A DNA stretch of 64,000 bases, taken from the sequence record PZ379075.1; one strand, given 5' to 3'. Numbering within the stretch: position 1 is the first letter of the stretch; each line of letters begins with the position of its first letter. The position numbers and the translations under genes are program-made. Shown here piece by piece: positions 49,301-57,429 of this stretch. The notes under the pieces are model-generated. The model was not told where the DNA came from, made no database searches, and worked only from the letters and a program-made list of their open reading frames with translations. This DNA is from a phage.

Positions 49301-50253
49301 TTCTTCAACCCACCAATAGCTTTCTTCATCTCTGGAGAAACATTATCAGCCATCTTCTGTAGTTCAGCAGCTTTCTCTACAAAGTTGTTAAAGTCTTCAC
49401 CATCACGAGCTTTGAATCGATTTGCTTCATTATAGAAAGTCTTGTAAGCATCAATGAAGTCACGGTCGGCTTGTGTACGATTCTTAATATCAATCGGACT
49501 ACCAGTAAAATCACCAGAAGCTCGGAGAGAGGTTAATTCACGGTCTAGATTATCTAGAACATCTGTAAGAGCTTTCGTGTTGTCTTTGGTGTAGTCAGCC
49601 ATTGCATCCTTCATAGCAACAGCCTGCTTCTGGTTGTGCTCGTTATCAGCGAATGCTTTACCACGAGTCTTAGCAGGAGAAGCTAAAGGGTTGAGGCCCG
49701 GAATGTTGGAATGTTCTTTCTGAACGGAAGCAGCTTTCTCAGCACGAGCTTGGTCAGTATTAAGAATACGCTGAGCGGCAGGAGAATCTACAGCAACAGC
49801 ATCTGTAATACGGAATCCATTCTCATCCAGAAGGTTCAGAGCAGAAGCAGCGTTAGCAGTTTCAGCTTTAGAGTAAGCTTCTTTCAATTCATCAATATTC
49901 TTAGCACTACGAATCAGTTCATCATCAGCAGCAATATCGGTCTTCGCATACTCTGGAGTGTTCTTGAAGACAGCAGAATCCGGACGGCTAATCAAACCAT
50001 GAACCCCACCAACTGCACCACCGAATGCAGCACCCATAGCACCTTCTTCGATAGCACCCTCTAATACATTAGCAAAGGTTGTATCATCTCCATGCTTGTT
50101 CTGAGCTTCAGCAGCACCTACAAGAGCACCACCTTTAGCACCAGCCACTGCGTTAGTAGCAACGTTCTGACCAATACGTCCAAGTGTGGACTCAGCTGTA
50201 CCAACAGCGCCCGGAAGGATTCTCTGAGCCGCATAGTTAGCACCACCAACCAA
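46357..50253 (-). CDS. large virion/internal protein (1298 aa), coiled-coil rich; may be fused with upstream ORF 50262-50822
   Basis: Very long ORF, E/K/A/R-rich heptad-like segments; position in structural block; starts at TTG in track. Confidence 0.6.
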   Translation of the reverse strand: MVGGANYAAQRILPGAVGTAESTLGRIGQNVATNAVAGAKGGALVGAAEAQNKHGDDTTFANVLEGAIEEGAMGAAFGGAVGGVHGLISRPDSAVFKNTPEYAKTDIAADDELIRSAKNIDELKEAYSKAETANAASALNLLDENGFRITDAVAVDSPAAQRILNTDQARAEKAASVQKEHSNIPGLNPLASPAKTRGKAFADNEHNQKQAVAMKDAMADYTKDNTKALTDVLDNLDRELTSLRASGDFTGSPIDIKNRTQADRDFIDAYKTFYNEANRFKARDGEDFNNFVEKAAELQKMADNVSPEMKKAIGGLKKLKGMPEGFNPIQDAYTLNNTAKFMSNQDRGWTSLTDDGFREASSPSLVMNTLGAAKYALNRFSSQRARSQRVKQQESNSEAIRSLARGDLEVARAKSTADEARAKMEEEPVVDDIKFKTQNDVETEPVREPSSSTVTEENLPSSAPQETPLTARDLVAQRRAIRQAEQRRAEEEALAAQEAPVEQTPQAEPLPARNPLEERRAMEQQRAQEEAAQAPEPTVEEPTVKAEPLPARAPKAPKEAVQDVKPASGVERLAAMSSAARQATKDRAERFARSLYSKAAKAKATAENFLAYKGDPKELMRRIRQEDNAINTERHEEMARNQLASQQGIATAKNNTVRTNFAEWVKERGLPEDIATKALRAEEKGLGGNVTNLDSLKRRAERLYQKQREDEFDRLYQQALEENKAFDNKNAPKLVDQKKELQSEIDTLIDAEPLRPAQKDAMRKLMNDFVDGKFKSSEKAGREEALEVGQMKDIWDGFINTYNREVNAFNKANKNSQYEAAAKHLQAREERLATLRKKAQARSDAKAAVENERKTLEAIAAQKSEIEKMMEGLPKPVREAQESRTLKQLAAHHDKNSPVPPEKFRSYIERIHNAESDYLDRQRRLTDAEEDARQAKWNKMYEQAEEMNRKFDVDKRVKRSEELKAAQERENDLMAVQRQRDDIHRRLMRTMEDKGISREDAEAFAGSYMDNRYALLEKPMTPTEHQNARSRIEADVEKFAKKYESMTPIEKEIVKVTGDTEGKLDNLDADTRKAIEEAQKVDSDIKKLQEEELEMEKIRSALPDDERSQANSDILESIKQQEEVFADKVEKAFLSGKSLDELASVAEVLDRVHGADKAGNNRRFVRALQTAAENKKKYGDNPVAWFSADDYSAIAKLGASSAGGNKSRALEKIFGSTAEQAKSKLLGRDDVAKMRRVIEENPDIKIPSYKTTNRTEYLQFLEKFNDEGKPKIKRGSLSEKLERSKRQSRLRVRVRPKE

Positions 50254-50261
50254 GGCTGCAT

Positions 50262-50822
50262 CTAGAATAGATTTATCTTCCCCTCTTCAGGGGTTTGGTC
50301 TGCATATGCACGACCTGTCTCACGACCTGCGATGATAGCAGCAGCAGCCAATGGGTTAGCAACAGTCATACCAATATCACCAGCAACGCCAGCATACTGA
50401 CCTACAGTTTTACCAATCCCATCCTCAATCTTATCCATACGTTCTTTCAGAAGATTCTGAGAGTTCTCTTGGATACGCTTACCATAACTAGTTTGTGCTC
50501 CAGCTAGATTCTCACCAATCTCAACTAAACCACCAATACCTTTAGCAGCACTAGCTGCAATATTTGCACCACCAGATTGAAGAGCATTTGACACACCTTG
50601 AGCAAACTCACCTATAGCACCACGTTCTTCTTGTTGTGGTTGTGCTACTGGCTGTTCCTCAGGAATAGAGCCACCTGCTGCCTTATATTGTTCTCTCATT
50701 TGAGCTTGTTGCTCCGGAGAGGCATTCAGATACGCAGGAGCTTTGGAAGCTTCTTCCCACGGTTTAATGTTAGCCATAACGTCTCCTTTTATAAATAAAA
50801 ATGTCCTACCCCCTATATACAT
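50262..50822 (-). CDS. Gly/Ala-rich virion protein (186 aa), probable N-terminal part of the 1298-aa protein
   Basis: Similar composition to start of downstream ORF; frames differ by one across a G4 run. Confidence 0.5.
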   Translation of the reverse strand: MYIGGRTFLFIKGDVMANIKPWEEASKAPAYLNASPEQQAQMREQYKAAGGSIPEEQPVAQPQQEERGAIGEFAQGVSNALQSGGANIAASAAKGIGGLVEIGENLAGAQTSYGKRIQENSQNLLKERMDKIEDGIGKTVGQYAGVAGDIGMTVANPLAAAAIIAGRETGRAYADQTPEEGKINLF

Positions 50823-50844
50823 TATAGAAGGCAGGACTTAGGTC

Positions 50845-52500
50845 TTATTGAGTGAACCAGCTCGTATCTTCAACAGCTGATAGAGCACCATTAAGCTTAG
50901 GATTGGTTGCTGCACCACCAACCGCTTCTTCTGCTTGTTCAGAGAAAACACCTAGAGGGTCATAGAAACCACCAGAAGGGATTGCACGGTTGACCAATGC
51001 AGTAGCTCTCTTCTTATCCATACCAGAACCAATGTAAGCTTCAATCGTAGCTCTCTTAGCATCAGCAACACCTTTCATTGCAGAGGTATGACCAACGTTA
51101 GCTTGCTTACGAGCATAAGCAAGAGCAGAATCAGTAGGACGCCATCCAGACTTCAGTGCAAACTTGTTGCCAACACGAACGAAGATTGACGGGTCTTCTG
51201 CAAAGTGCCCCAAGTCTTCTTCGGTAAGAGAACGAGTAGCACCGATTTCAGCCCTTGCGGAGTTCATGATAGCTTGCATGTAAGCAGAACGAGCTGTCTG
51301 ATAGTCTTTATCCTTAACAGCCTTATCAGCCAAATCCAAGTCTTTATTAGACTGGTTAAACAGGCCACCTTTCTCTGCCCACTGCTTAGCAACCGTACCT
51401 TCAGCTGTATTCTGAGCAAGACGAACTTCTTTCGGGTTAAAGTTAAAACTCTGAGCAGCTTGTTCAGCACGTTCAGCCTTGACTTGATCACGATACCCAA
51501 TCAACTCTTTCTGACGTTCAAAGTTCATATTAGCCCTTTCTTCAGCAGCACGACGAGTTTCCTCAGCACGCTCACGCATAGTCTGCTCTTGAATCTGTTG
51601 ACGTCTATCCCATTCAGCATTTTGTCGTTCTTCACGAGCAGCATACAGCGCTTCTTTCTGAGCAGGGTCTACAGCTCTCATCTTCAGTAGAGACGGGTCT
51701 CCGTTAGCAATAGCAGCTGCAATCGAGTCTTGAGAGAAGCCTTGTTCAATCAGAGCATCACGGTTAGCTTCCAGTTGCTTCTTAGTCTCATCTTGATTAG
51801 CCATTCCCTGACCAATCTGGAAAGCTTCAATAGGAGACTTACCTGACATAATGGAAAGACCTACACCCATCAAACCTGTGTAGAAACTGGAGTTTTGGTA
51901 GAATGGTTCTTTCTGTAGTTTGTTCCAAGCTTCCGAAGGGTCTTTAGCTTTCGCAACTTGCAAGATATCGTTGTTAACACGTTCCTGATCTTTAGCACGA
52001 GTAGCAGCAGCCATTCCATCACCAGTGTCTTGTCCTTGAGCAAGAGTATTAATCACACCCTGTGCCTGTTCCACCTGAGAAGGAGTAAACTCCATAGGAC
52101 CAGCTTCTAGTGGTTTAGGAGGAGGTGTTACCGGAAGAGGGCCACTAGGCATAAGCCCAGCATCCTGTAAACCTTGATCAGTGGATAGGTTAGGATTAGC
52201 TGATACAGGGGCCGGTGCTCCAATATCAATACCCTGAAGACTGGTAGGAGTTCCTTGATTCTGCTGTTCCATAAGACGTTGCTGGAATCCCGGATTAACC
52301 ATAGCATTCTGATCTTCCTCTGCCTGAGAGACAAGACCCGCAAGAGATGAAGGTACAGCAGGACGTTGATACATAGAAATATCTGCTGTCTGAGTAGGTC
52401 TAGCCATATAAGGAGAGGCCGAAGCCGCTCCCGGATTAACACCATAGAAAGTATTTCTCGGGTCACGACTTCTGACCTGAGCGTAAGTTGTCTGTTGCAT
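50845..52500 (-). CDS. virion structural/internal protein (551 aa)
   Basis: Long ORF in structural block; Pro/Gln-rich N-terminal half, charged coiled C-terminal half. Confidence 0.55.
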   Translation of the reverse strand: MQQTTYAQVRSRDPRNTFYGVNPGAASASPYMARPTQTADISMYQRPAVPSSLAGLVSQAEEDQNAMVNPGFQQRLMEQQNQGTPTSLQGIDIGAPAPVSANPNLSTDQGLQDAGLMPSGPLPVTPPPKPLEAGPMEFTPSQVEQAQGVINTLAQGQDTGDGMAAATRAKDQERVNNDILQVAKAKDPSEAWNKLQKEPFYQNSSFYTGLMGVGLSIMSGKSPIEAFQIGQGMANQDETKKQLEANRDALIEQGFSQDSIAAAIANGDPSLLKMRAVDPAQKEALYAAREERQNAEWDRRQQIQEQTMRERAEETRRAAEERANMNFERQKELIGYRDQVKAERAEQAAQSFNFNPKEVRLAQNTAEGTVAKQWAEKGGLFNQSNKDLDLADKAVKDKDYQTARSAYMQAIMNSARAEIGATRSLTEEDLGHFAEDPSIFVRVGNKFALKSGWRPTDSALAYARKQANVGHTSAMKGVADAKRATIEAYIGSGMDKKRATALVNRAIPSGGFYDPLGVFSEQAEEAVGGAATNPKLNGALSAVEDTSWFTQ

Positions 52501-52513
52501 ATTTATCTCCTAA

Positions 52514-53482
52514 TTAAGTACTAGCCAACCCACCGATTACACCCCCAGCTAATGCACCCCAAGGTCCAAAGGAAGAGCCACCTGCTGCACCACTCATAGC
52601 TCCACCAAGGAAACCACCTTTGCCACCAGATGTTTTAGTAGTTGTAGTTTGTCCGAGAGCACCGTTAAGTACACCTGCTGCACCGAGTTGGTTATTGATA
52701 TCTTGCCATCCCCAATTAGCTGCGTTCTGAGCATTCTGGTAGGCATTATCATATTCATTCTGTTGTTGCTGTTGTTGCTGCAACCCTGCATTCCATTGAT
52801 TCATTATTTGCTGTTGAGACAAATTAGCACCCTGCTGACCTAGGTTAGAAAGGTTAGAACCAATATTAGAAAGACCAGAGAGAGCAGCTGCCTGATTCTG
52901 TCTATTACCAGAGAGGATGCTTTCAGCTTGGCTGATAGCCGAGTTATATGCACTATTGGTAATATCTGTTGCTTGCCCTTGCATCTGATTCAGAGCATCA
53001 CCTTGGGCAAAAGATTTAGCCATACGAGCACCTGAACCCTGCTGACCAGCATACTGTTGAGCTAACTGAGGAAGAGCATTACGTGCCAAGTTCTGTTGAA
53101 CCTGTTCATTATTAGCTGTAATGGCTGCTTGCACAGCGTCATCATCATACAGTTGACCAGCGAGAGCACCAATCTGTTCTCCAGTAATCCCACCTTGTCC
53201 AGAGAGGCTCTGATAGCCTTTATAGGCATTATCCAGATACCCTAACCCTTGACCTGCTGCATCCATGTATTGCTGTGAGAGAGTGCCCAAAGCGCCAGAT
53301 TGTGCTAGGTTATTAAGTGCCTCTGTCTGATTGTTATTAAACCCTACATTGTCACGATAGACATAATCCCCTGAACTAGTATTACCAATCTGTTGGTTAA
53401 GCTGGTCAATATACTGTTGAATGTATTCAGGGCGAATCATTTGGGAAGTAGTTTTACTACCCCCGCCTCCGAAAAGTCCCAT
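52514..53482 (-). CDS. Gln/Asn/Gly-rich virion protein (322 aa), paralogue of next gene
   Basis: N-terminal MGLFGGGGSKTT and Q/N-rich repeats incl. QQQQQQQNEY; AAGGAG RBS. Confidence 0.55.
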   Translation of the reverse strand: MGLFGGGGSKTTSQMIRPEYIQQYIDQLNQQIGNTSSGDYVYRDNVGFNNNQTEALNNLAQSGALGTLSQQYMDAAGQGLGYLDNAYKGYQSLSGQGGITGEQIGALAGQLYDDDAVQAAITANNEQVQQNLARNALPQLAQQYAGQQGSGARMAKSFAQGDALNQMQGQATDITNSAYNSAISQAESILSGNRQNQAAALSGLSNIGSNLSNLGQQGANLSQQQIMNQWNAGLQQQQQQQNEYDNAYQNAQNAANWGWQDINNQLGAAGVLNGALGQTTTTKTSGGKGGFLGGAMSGAAGGSSFGPWGALAGGVIGGLAST

Positions 53483-53494
53483 ATCAAATCTCCT

Positions 53495-54547
53495 TTAGTT
53501 TGCTCCAAATGCCCCTAAGACACCACCTAAGATATTACTACCTGCTGTGGATAACCAGTTAGACTGACCTCTCTGTTGAGAAAGATTAGAACCACCAATC
53601 ATAGGACCAGCCATTCCAGATTGCCCACCTGAGTTGTTATAGGAACTCCAAGCATTCTGAGTCTGTTGATTAGGAGAGAAAGCACCCATACGACCTGCAA
53701 TACCTAATCCAGTGATACCAGCACCTAGGAGCTGTTGTCCAGTATTAACCCCCGGAGCAGCATTCTTAATCGTGTACCCAGCCATTGGGCTTACACTATT
53801 TAATACATTAAGTTGGTTGTTAAGCTGATTCCACCCATACTGTTGAGAGCCAATAGCGTTCTGCCAATTAATATCAGCTTGAGCTTGGGCTTGTTGCTGT
53901 TGTAGATTACCAGCCATGAGTTGATTCTGGATAGCTTGTTGAGTTGCCTGAACACCTTGAGCACCAAGATTGAGATTCTGTCCAGCCAATCCTGACTGAG
54001 CACCAAGTAAGCCCCTCTGGAAGTTTTGGTCTTGTTGAAGAGCACTGATTCCCATATTCTTGCCACTGATAGTACGAGCTAAGTTTGTATTAGCACTGTT
54101 CAGAGCAGCACCTTGAGCAGCAGCTCTACGGAGAGAGCCTGAATCAGAACCATTTCCGAGGGATACATTGGAAGCTGCCTTACTAGTCGCTTGAGCAAGA
54201 GCTGAGTTATTCAATCCTTTACTAAAGTTATTAACACCATCAGCAGTTAGACCACCACCATTGACAATATTCTGATACTGCTGTGCAAGAGAATTTAATT
54301 GGTCCAACCCTTGCTGTGTACGAGGCGTGTACATATCAGCCAATTGCTTCTGAGTAGTAGAAGCTGCTAAGTTGTTCAGAGCACCCTGTTGGTTGCCATT
54401 AAACCCAGCCAGTTGTTGGGAGATGAATCCCGGATCGTTGTTCTGCATATTCTGAGCATTAGCAACAATCTGCTTCAGCAGGGCATCAACCTGAGAGGAA
54501 GGGGCCACTGTGGTTTTGCTAGAAGCTGATTTTCCAAATAAAGACAT
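53495..54547 (-). CDS. Gln/Asn/Gly-rich virion protein (350 aa)
   Basis: N-terminal MSLFGKSASSKTT paralogous to 52514-53482. Confidence 0.55.
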   Translation of the reverse strand: MSLFGKSASSKTTVAPSSQVDALLKQIVANAQNMQNNDPGFISQQLAGFNGNQQGALNNLAASTTQKQLADMYTPRTQQGLDQLNSLAQQYQNIVNGGGLTADGVNNFSKGLNNSALAQATSKAASNVSLGNGSDSGSLRRAAAQGAALNSANTNLARTISGKNMGISALQQDQNFQRGLLGAQSGLAGQNLNLGAQGVQATQQAIQNQLMAGNLQQQQAQAQADINWQNAIGSQQYGWNQLNNQLNVLNSVSPMAGYTIKNAAPGVNTGQQLLGAGITGLGIAGRMGAFSPNQQTQNAWSSYNNSGGQSGMAGPMIGGSNLSQQRGQSNWLSTAGSNILGGVLGAFGAN

Positions 54548-54566
54548 AAGTCCTCCTTAAAGATTA

Positions 54567-55349
54567 TTACTTTACACCAATGCTAGCCAAACGTCTGAGC
54601 ACTGCTTGTGTTTGTGGACTGTACTGAGAACCTGCTGCATGTGGTGCACTTGCCCTCTGAACTGTTTGAGAAGTCGGAGGTTTACCAGCAAGCATAGCAG
54701 CTACACCTAATACTGCATTACCAAAGTTCTGTTGAGGCTTCTGATCTTCCCCTTCCTGCACTTCATCAGAGTAAAACTCTACTGGATTTCCTCCTAAAGC
54801 ACCTGTCTTAGAAGCAGTAATGTCTGCCTGAGTTGGAGCTTGTGCGGCTTTCTCTCTATCTAACAAGTCAGGACTAAACTGATTGACTGGTTGAACAGCT
54901 TGCAAAGCTCCAACAGGGTTAGCAATCTGAGAAGCTGCATCACCATAGAAAGGAAGAAAGTGTTTATTGTTCATGGAGTCAAGAGCTTGTGGAGTAAATC
55001 CCTTTTTACCAGCGAACATTTGCTTAGCACCACCGATACCTTCTGAGTAACCAACCATTGCTTTCTTAACATCACCATTAAAAGCCTTTAAGTTATCTCG
55101 AATATAACGAGCACCCATATCAATATTCTTTGCTGGGTCAAGTCTGTCTTCTAGTTTGTAGCCGTAGTCTTTAGCCAACCCTTTACTGATCTGCATTAAA
55201 CCTACAGGACCAGTTCCAGAAGCCACTGTAGGACGACCACTAGACTCCCTTTGGATTACAGCATGAATCAAAGCAGCAGGAATCCCATACTTCTTTGAAG
55301 CCTGTTGAACCATTGGGTCTAGTTCTTCAATACCCATCTTAATTGCCAT
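54567..55349 (-). CDS. virion-associated lytic transglycosylase (SLT domain)
   Basis: IPAALIHAVIQRESSGRPTVASGTGPVGLMQIS matches SLT catalytic-Glu motif. Confidence 0.7.
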   Translation of the reverse strand: MAIKMGIEELDPMVQQASKKYGIPAALIHAVIQRESSGRPTVASGTGPVGLMQISKGLAKDYGYKLEDRLDPAKNIDMGARYIRDNLKAFNGDVKKAMVGYSEGIGGAKQMFAGKKGFTPQALDSMNNKHFLPFYGDAASQIANPVGALQAVQPVNQFSPDLLDREKAAQAPTQADITASKTGALGGNPVEFYSDEVQEGEDQKPQQNFGNAVLGVAAMLAGKPPTSQTVQRASAPHAAGSQYSPQTQAVLRRLASIGVK

Positions 55350-55361
55350 AATATCTCCTTG

Positions 55362-56393
55362 TTATAGTCCAGCAAAAACCTTAGCTGCATTTATTACAGG
55401 AACTGATAAATTAACTACAGTATCAGCTCCTAGGTCGTAATTTTGATCCCACTGAAACAGATATCTTCCATAGCCAGTTCCTATGCTAGAGCCACTCATT
55501 GTGTGAGATCTCATTTGCTGATATCTCCACCCACTACCTCGACCTTTTATTGCACCTATTCCAGAAGTAAGAGGTATCATAGGATATGCCATACCAGTGT
55601 TGCCCCCTCCCGAACCAATAAAATTGTCTACAGTGAAAGGTGTTCTATTAGTAGAGAAGACACATTGAGTTGTCCCAGGAGAATATATGTTTAACCCACC
55701 ATTATGCTCAGGAACACCAGCTCCGTTACAGAACACAGCGACTCTAACAAAGACAGAACCACCTTCGTTAGTGTTACCATTGACATAAGGCCTATTCTGA
55801 TAGACTCGAATAACCCTATCATCAGATGTGTAAGATAAACCGATCCCTCCATCAGACCAATTAGCAAACACAACAGCATTGGTCATATTGAACCCACCAA
55901 TATTTGGTATCTGAAGGGAGTTGTTTATGGTCCCCTGCCAAGCCCAAATACATTGACCAACAACCCCACTATCAGAGATTGAGAAATAATCTGCTGTATT
56001 TGAGAAAGTGATTCCATAGTTTCTGTCAGCTCTAGGCCATATTTGGTATACGTTGAACCCACAGTCAAATAGTGGGTTACTACCGGGATTCTGGTTCAGA
56101 GTCACCCTAAAAGATGAGTTATTTTCTACATAGATGTTATTTACACAATAAACATCAGGGACTAAGTTAGGAGGGACTTCCCATTGCCAGCATAGAGAAC
56201 CAGTAGGAACAATAACTATCTGACCGCTACCATCCCATCCACTAATAGGGAAAGATCTCCCTGCTCCGTTAAAGTTAAAACTCCCTCTTATACTATTTTT
56301 GAACTGAGGGAAAGTGCTTCCACTGTCTATAAAAAGAGGGGCTGGTGTAGCTGGTCCCGGCCCTACTGGTTGTGTCCAAATTCCATATGCCAT
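55362..56393 (-). CDS. virion structural protein (343 aa)
   Basis: ORF in structural block; Gly/Asn-rich, beta-rich appearance. Confidence 0.5.
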   Translation of the reverse strand: MAYGIWTQPVGPGPATPAPLFIDSGSTFPQFKNSIRGSFNFNGAGRSFPISGWDGSGQIVIVPTGSLCWQWEVPPNLVPDVYCVNNIYVENNSSFRVTLNQNPGSNPLFDCGFNVYQIWPRADRNYGITFSNTADYFSISDSGVVGQCIWAWQGTINNSLQIPNIGGFNMTNAVVFANWSDGGIGLSYTSDDRVIRVYQNRPYVNGNTNEGGSVFVRVAVFCNGAGVPEHNGGLNIYSPGTTQCVFSTNRTPFTVDNFIGSGGGNTGMAYPMIPLTSGIGAIKGRGSGWRYQQMRSHTMSGSSIGTGYGRYLFQWDQNYDLGADTVVNLSVPVINAAKVFAGL

Positions 56394-56394
56394 A

Positions 56395-57429
56395 TCACCA
56401 ACTCCCTATCCTAATTCTCAGAGCACCACTTCCATCGTAGAAGTCTATCCTGTTTCCATTCATCCACAACTGTGCCCCACCTGTACCACCCATAACAAAA
56501 TCACCACCAACAGTAAGTCTCCAGTTAGAACCCCACATAGAACCAGCAGTAATCTTATCCGCTGATAAGTTCTGAATCTGAGCATTGGAGATAGATACGT
56601 TATCAATCTGTGCCCATTGGATTCTAGCGTTAGCAATCTGGGCTGTTGTGATGTTGACGTTCTTTATGTCAGCGAATTCCATCCTAGCTCTACCACCCTC
56701 AAACACAAAAGGTGTGTTACCAGAGTTGCCATCACCAACAATAAACTTGTTAGCTGTTACTTGGAATTGACTGTTTGTTCCGTTGTTAGTTAACTTGACC
56801 CCAGCATATCTTCCGTTTACTGTAGAGTTAACTCCCCATGTAGCTTCATACTCAGAAAGCTTCATATACTGAGAGAGGCTTCCGTTAATATTTTGAATCT
56901 CTGTCTGAACTAAAGCAATCTCTTGACCTTGGTCGTTGACAATACCTTCTACCGTTTGAATCTTAGTTGTGTTACCCTCAATACTTGTTTTAAAGCCAGA
57001 TACAGTGCTTTCTAATTTTACAGGAGGTTGAACAGAATTATCCCAAATATCTTCAGTGGAGAGATTCCCCATCTGTGTTTGGATATCGGCAATAGCTGTC
57101 TCTATCTCTGTAGTAATTCTATTCTCAAGCTCATCAAATTGTAAGTTCATCGCATGAAGAGCTTTGATACGAACATCAATCTCATCGTGAATCTCATCAA
57201 TAGCTTGGAACATTTGGTTAGTAGCTGTGCTGACTTTCTGTAGCTCGTCATATACGGCTACGTTATATGTTTCTGTGTCCTGTACATTATTGAGAAACCC
57301 AACGTTGTACGGGAGTGTGGTGTTATTACGACCAGTGTTCTTACGAAAACCACCTGCACCCATAAGTTCCTCCAAAACAATAAAAGGGGCACGAAGCCCC
57401 TTGTTGTTATCTCCGTCCGCCAACAGCAA
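56395..57429 (-). CDS. tail fibre-like protein (344 aa)
   Basis: Repeated NxxIxNAxIQ pentapeptide-like segments (NVNITTAQIANARIQWAQIDNVSISNAQIQNLSA). Confidence 0.45.
   Translation of the reverse strand: MLLADGDNNKGLRAPFIVLEELMGAGGFRKNTGRNNTTLPYNVGFLNNVQDTETYNVAVYDELQKVSTATNQMFQAIDEIHDEIDVRIKALHAMNLQFDELENRITTEIETAIADIQTQMGNLSTEDIWDNSVQPPVKLESTVSGFKTSIEGNTTKIQTVEGIVNDQGQEIALVQTEIQNINGSLSQYMKLSEYEATWGVNSTVNGRYAGVKLTNNGTNSQFQVTANKFIVGDGNSGNTPFVFEGGRARMEFADIKNVNITTAQIANARIQWAQIDNVSISNAQIQNLSADKITAGSMWGSNWRLTVGGDFVMGGTGGAQLWMNGNRIDFYDGSGALRIRIGSW

Noticed and set aside
46866-52466. Many 60-160 aa ORFs on the plus strand and in alternate minus frames inside the large structural genes (e.g. 47179-47481, 48859-49170, 49711-50064, 51205-51690, 52128-52466)
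   Set aside because: Fully embedded in long minus-strand ORFs with coherent protein-like sequence; low-complexity translations and no RBS
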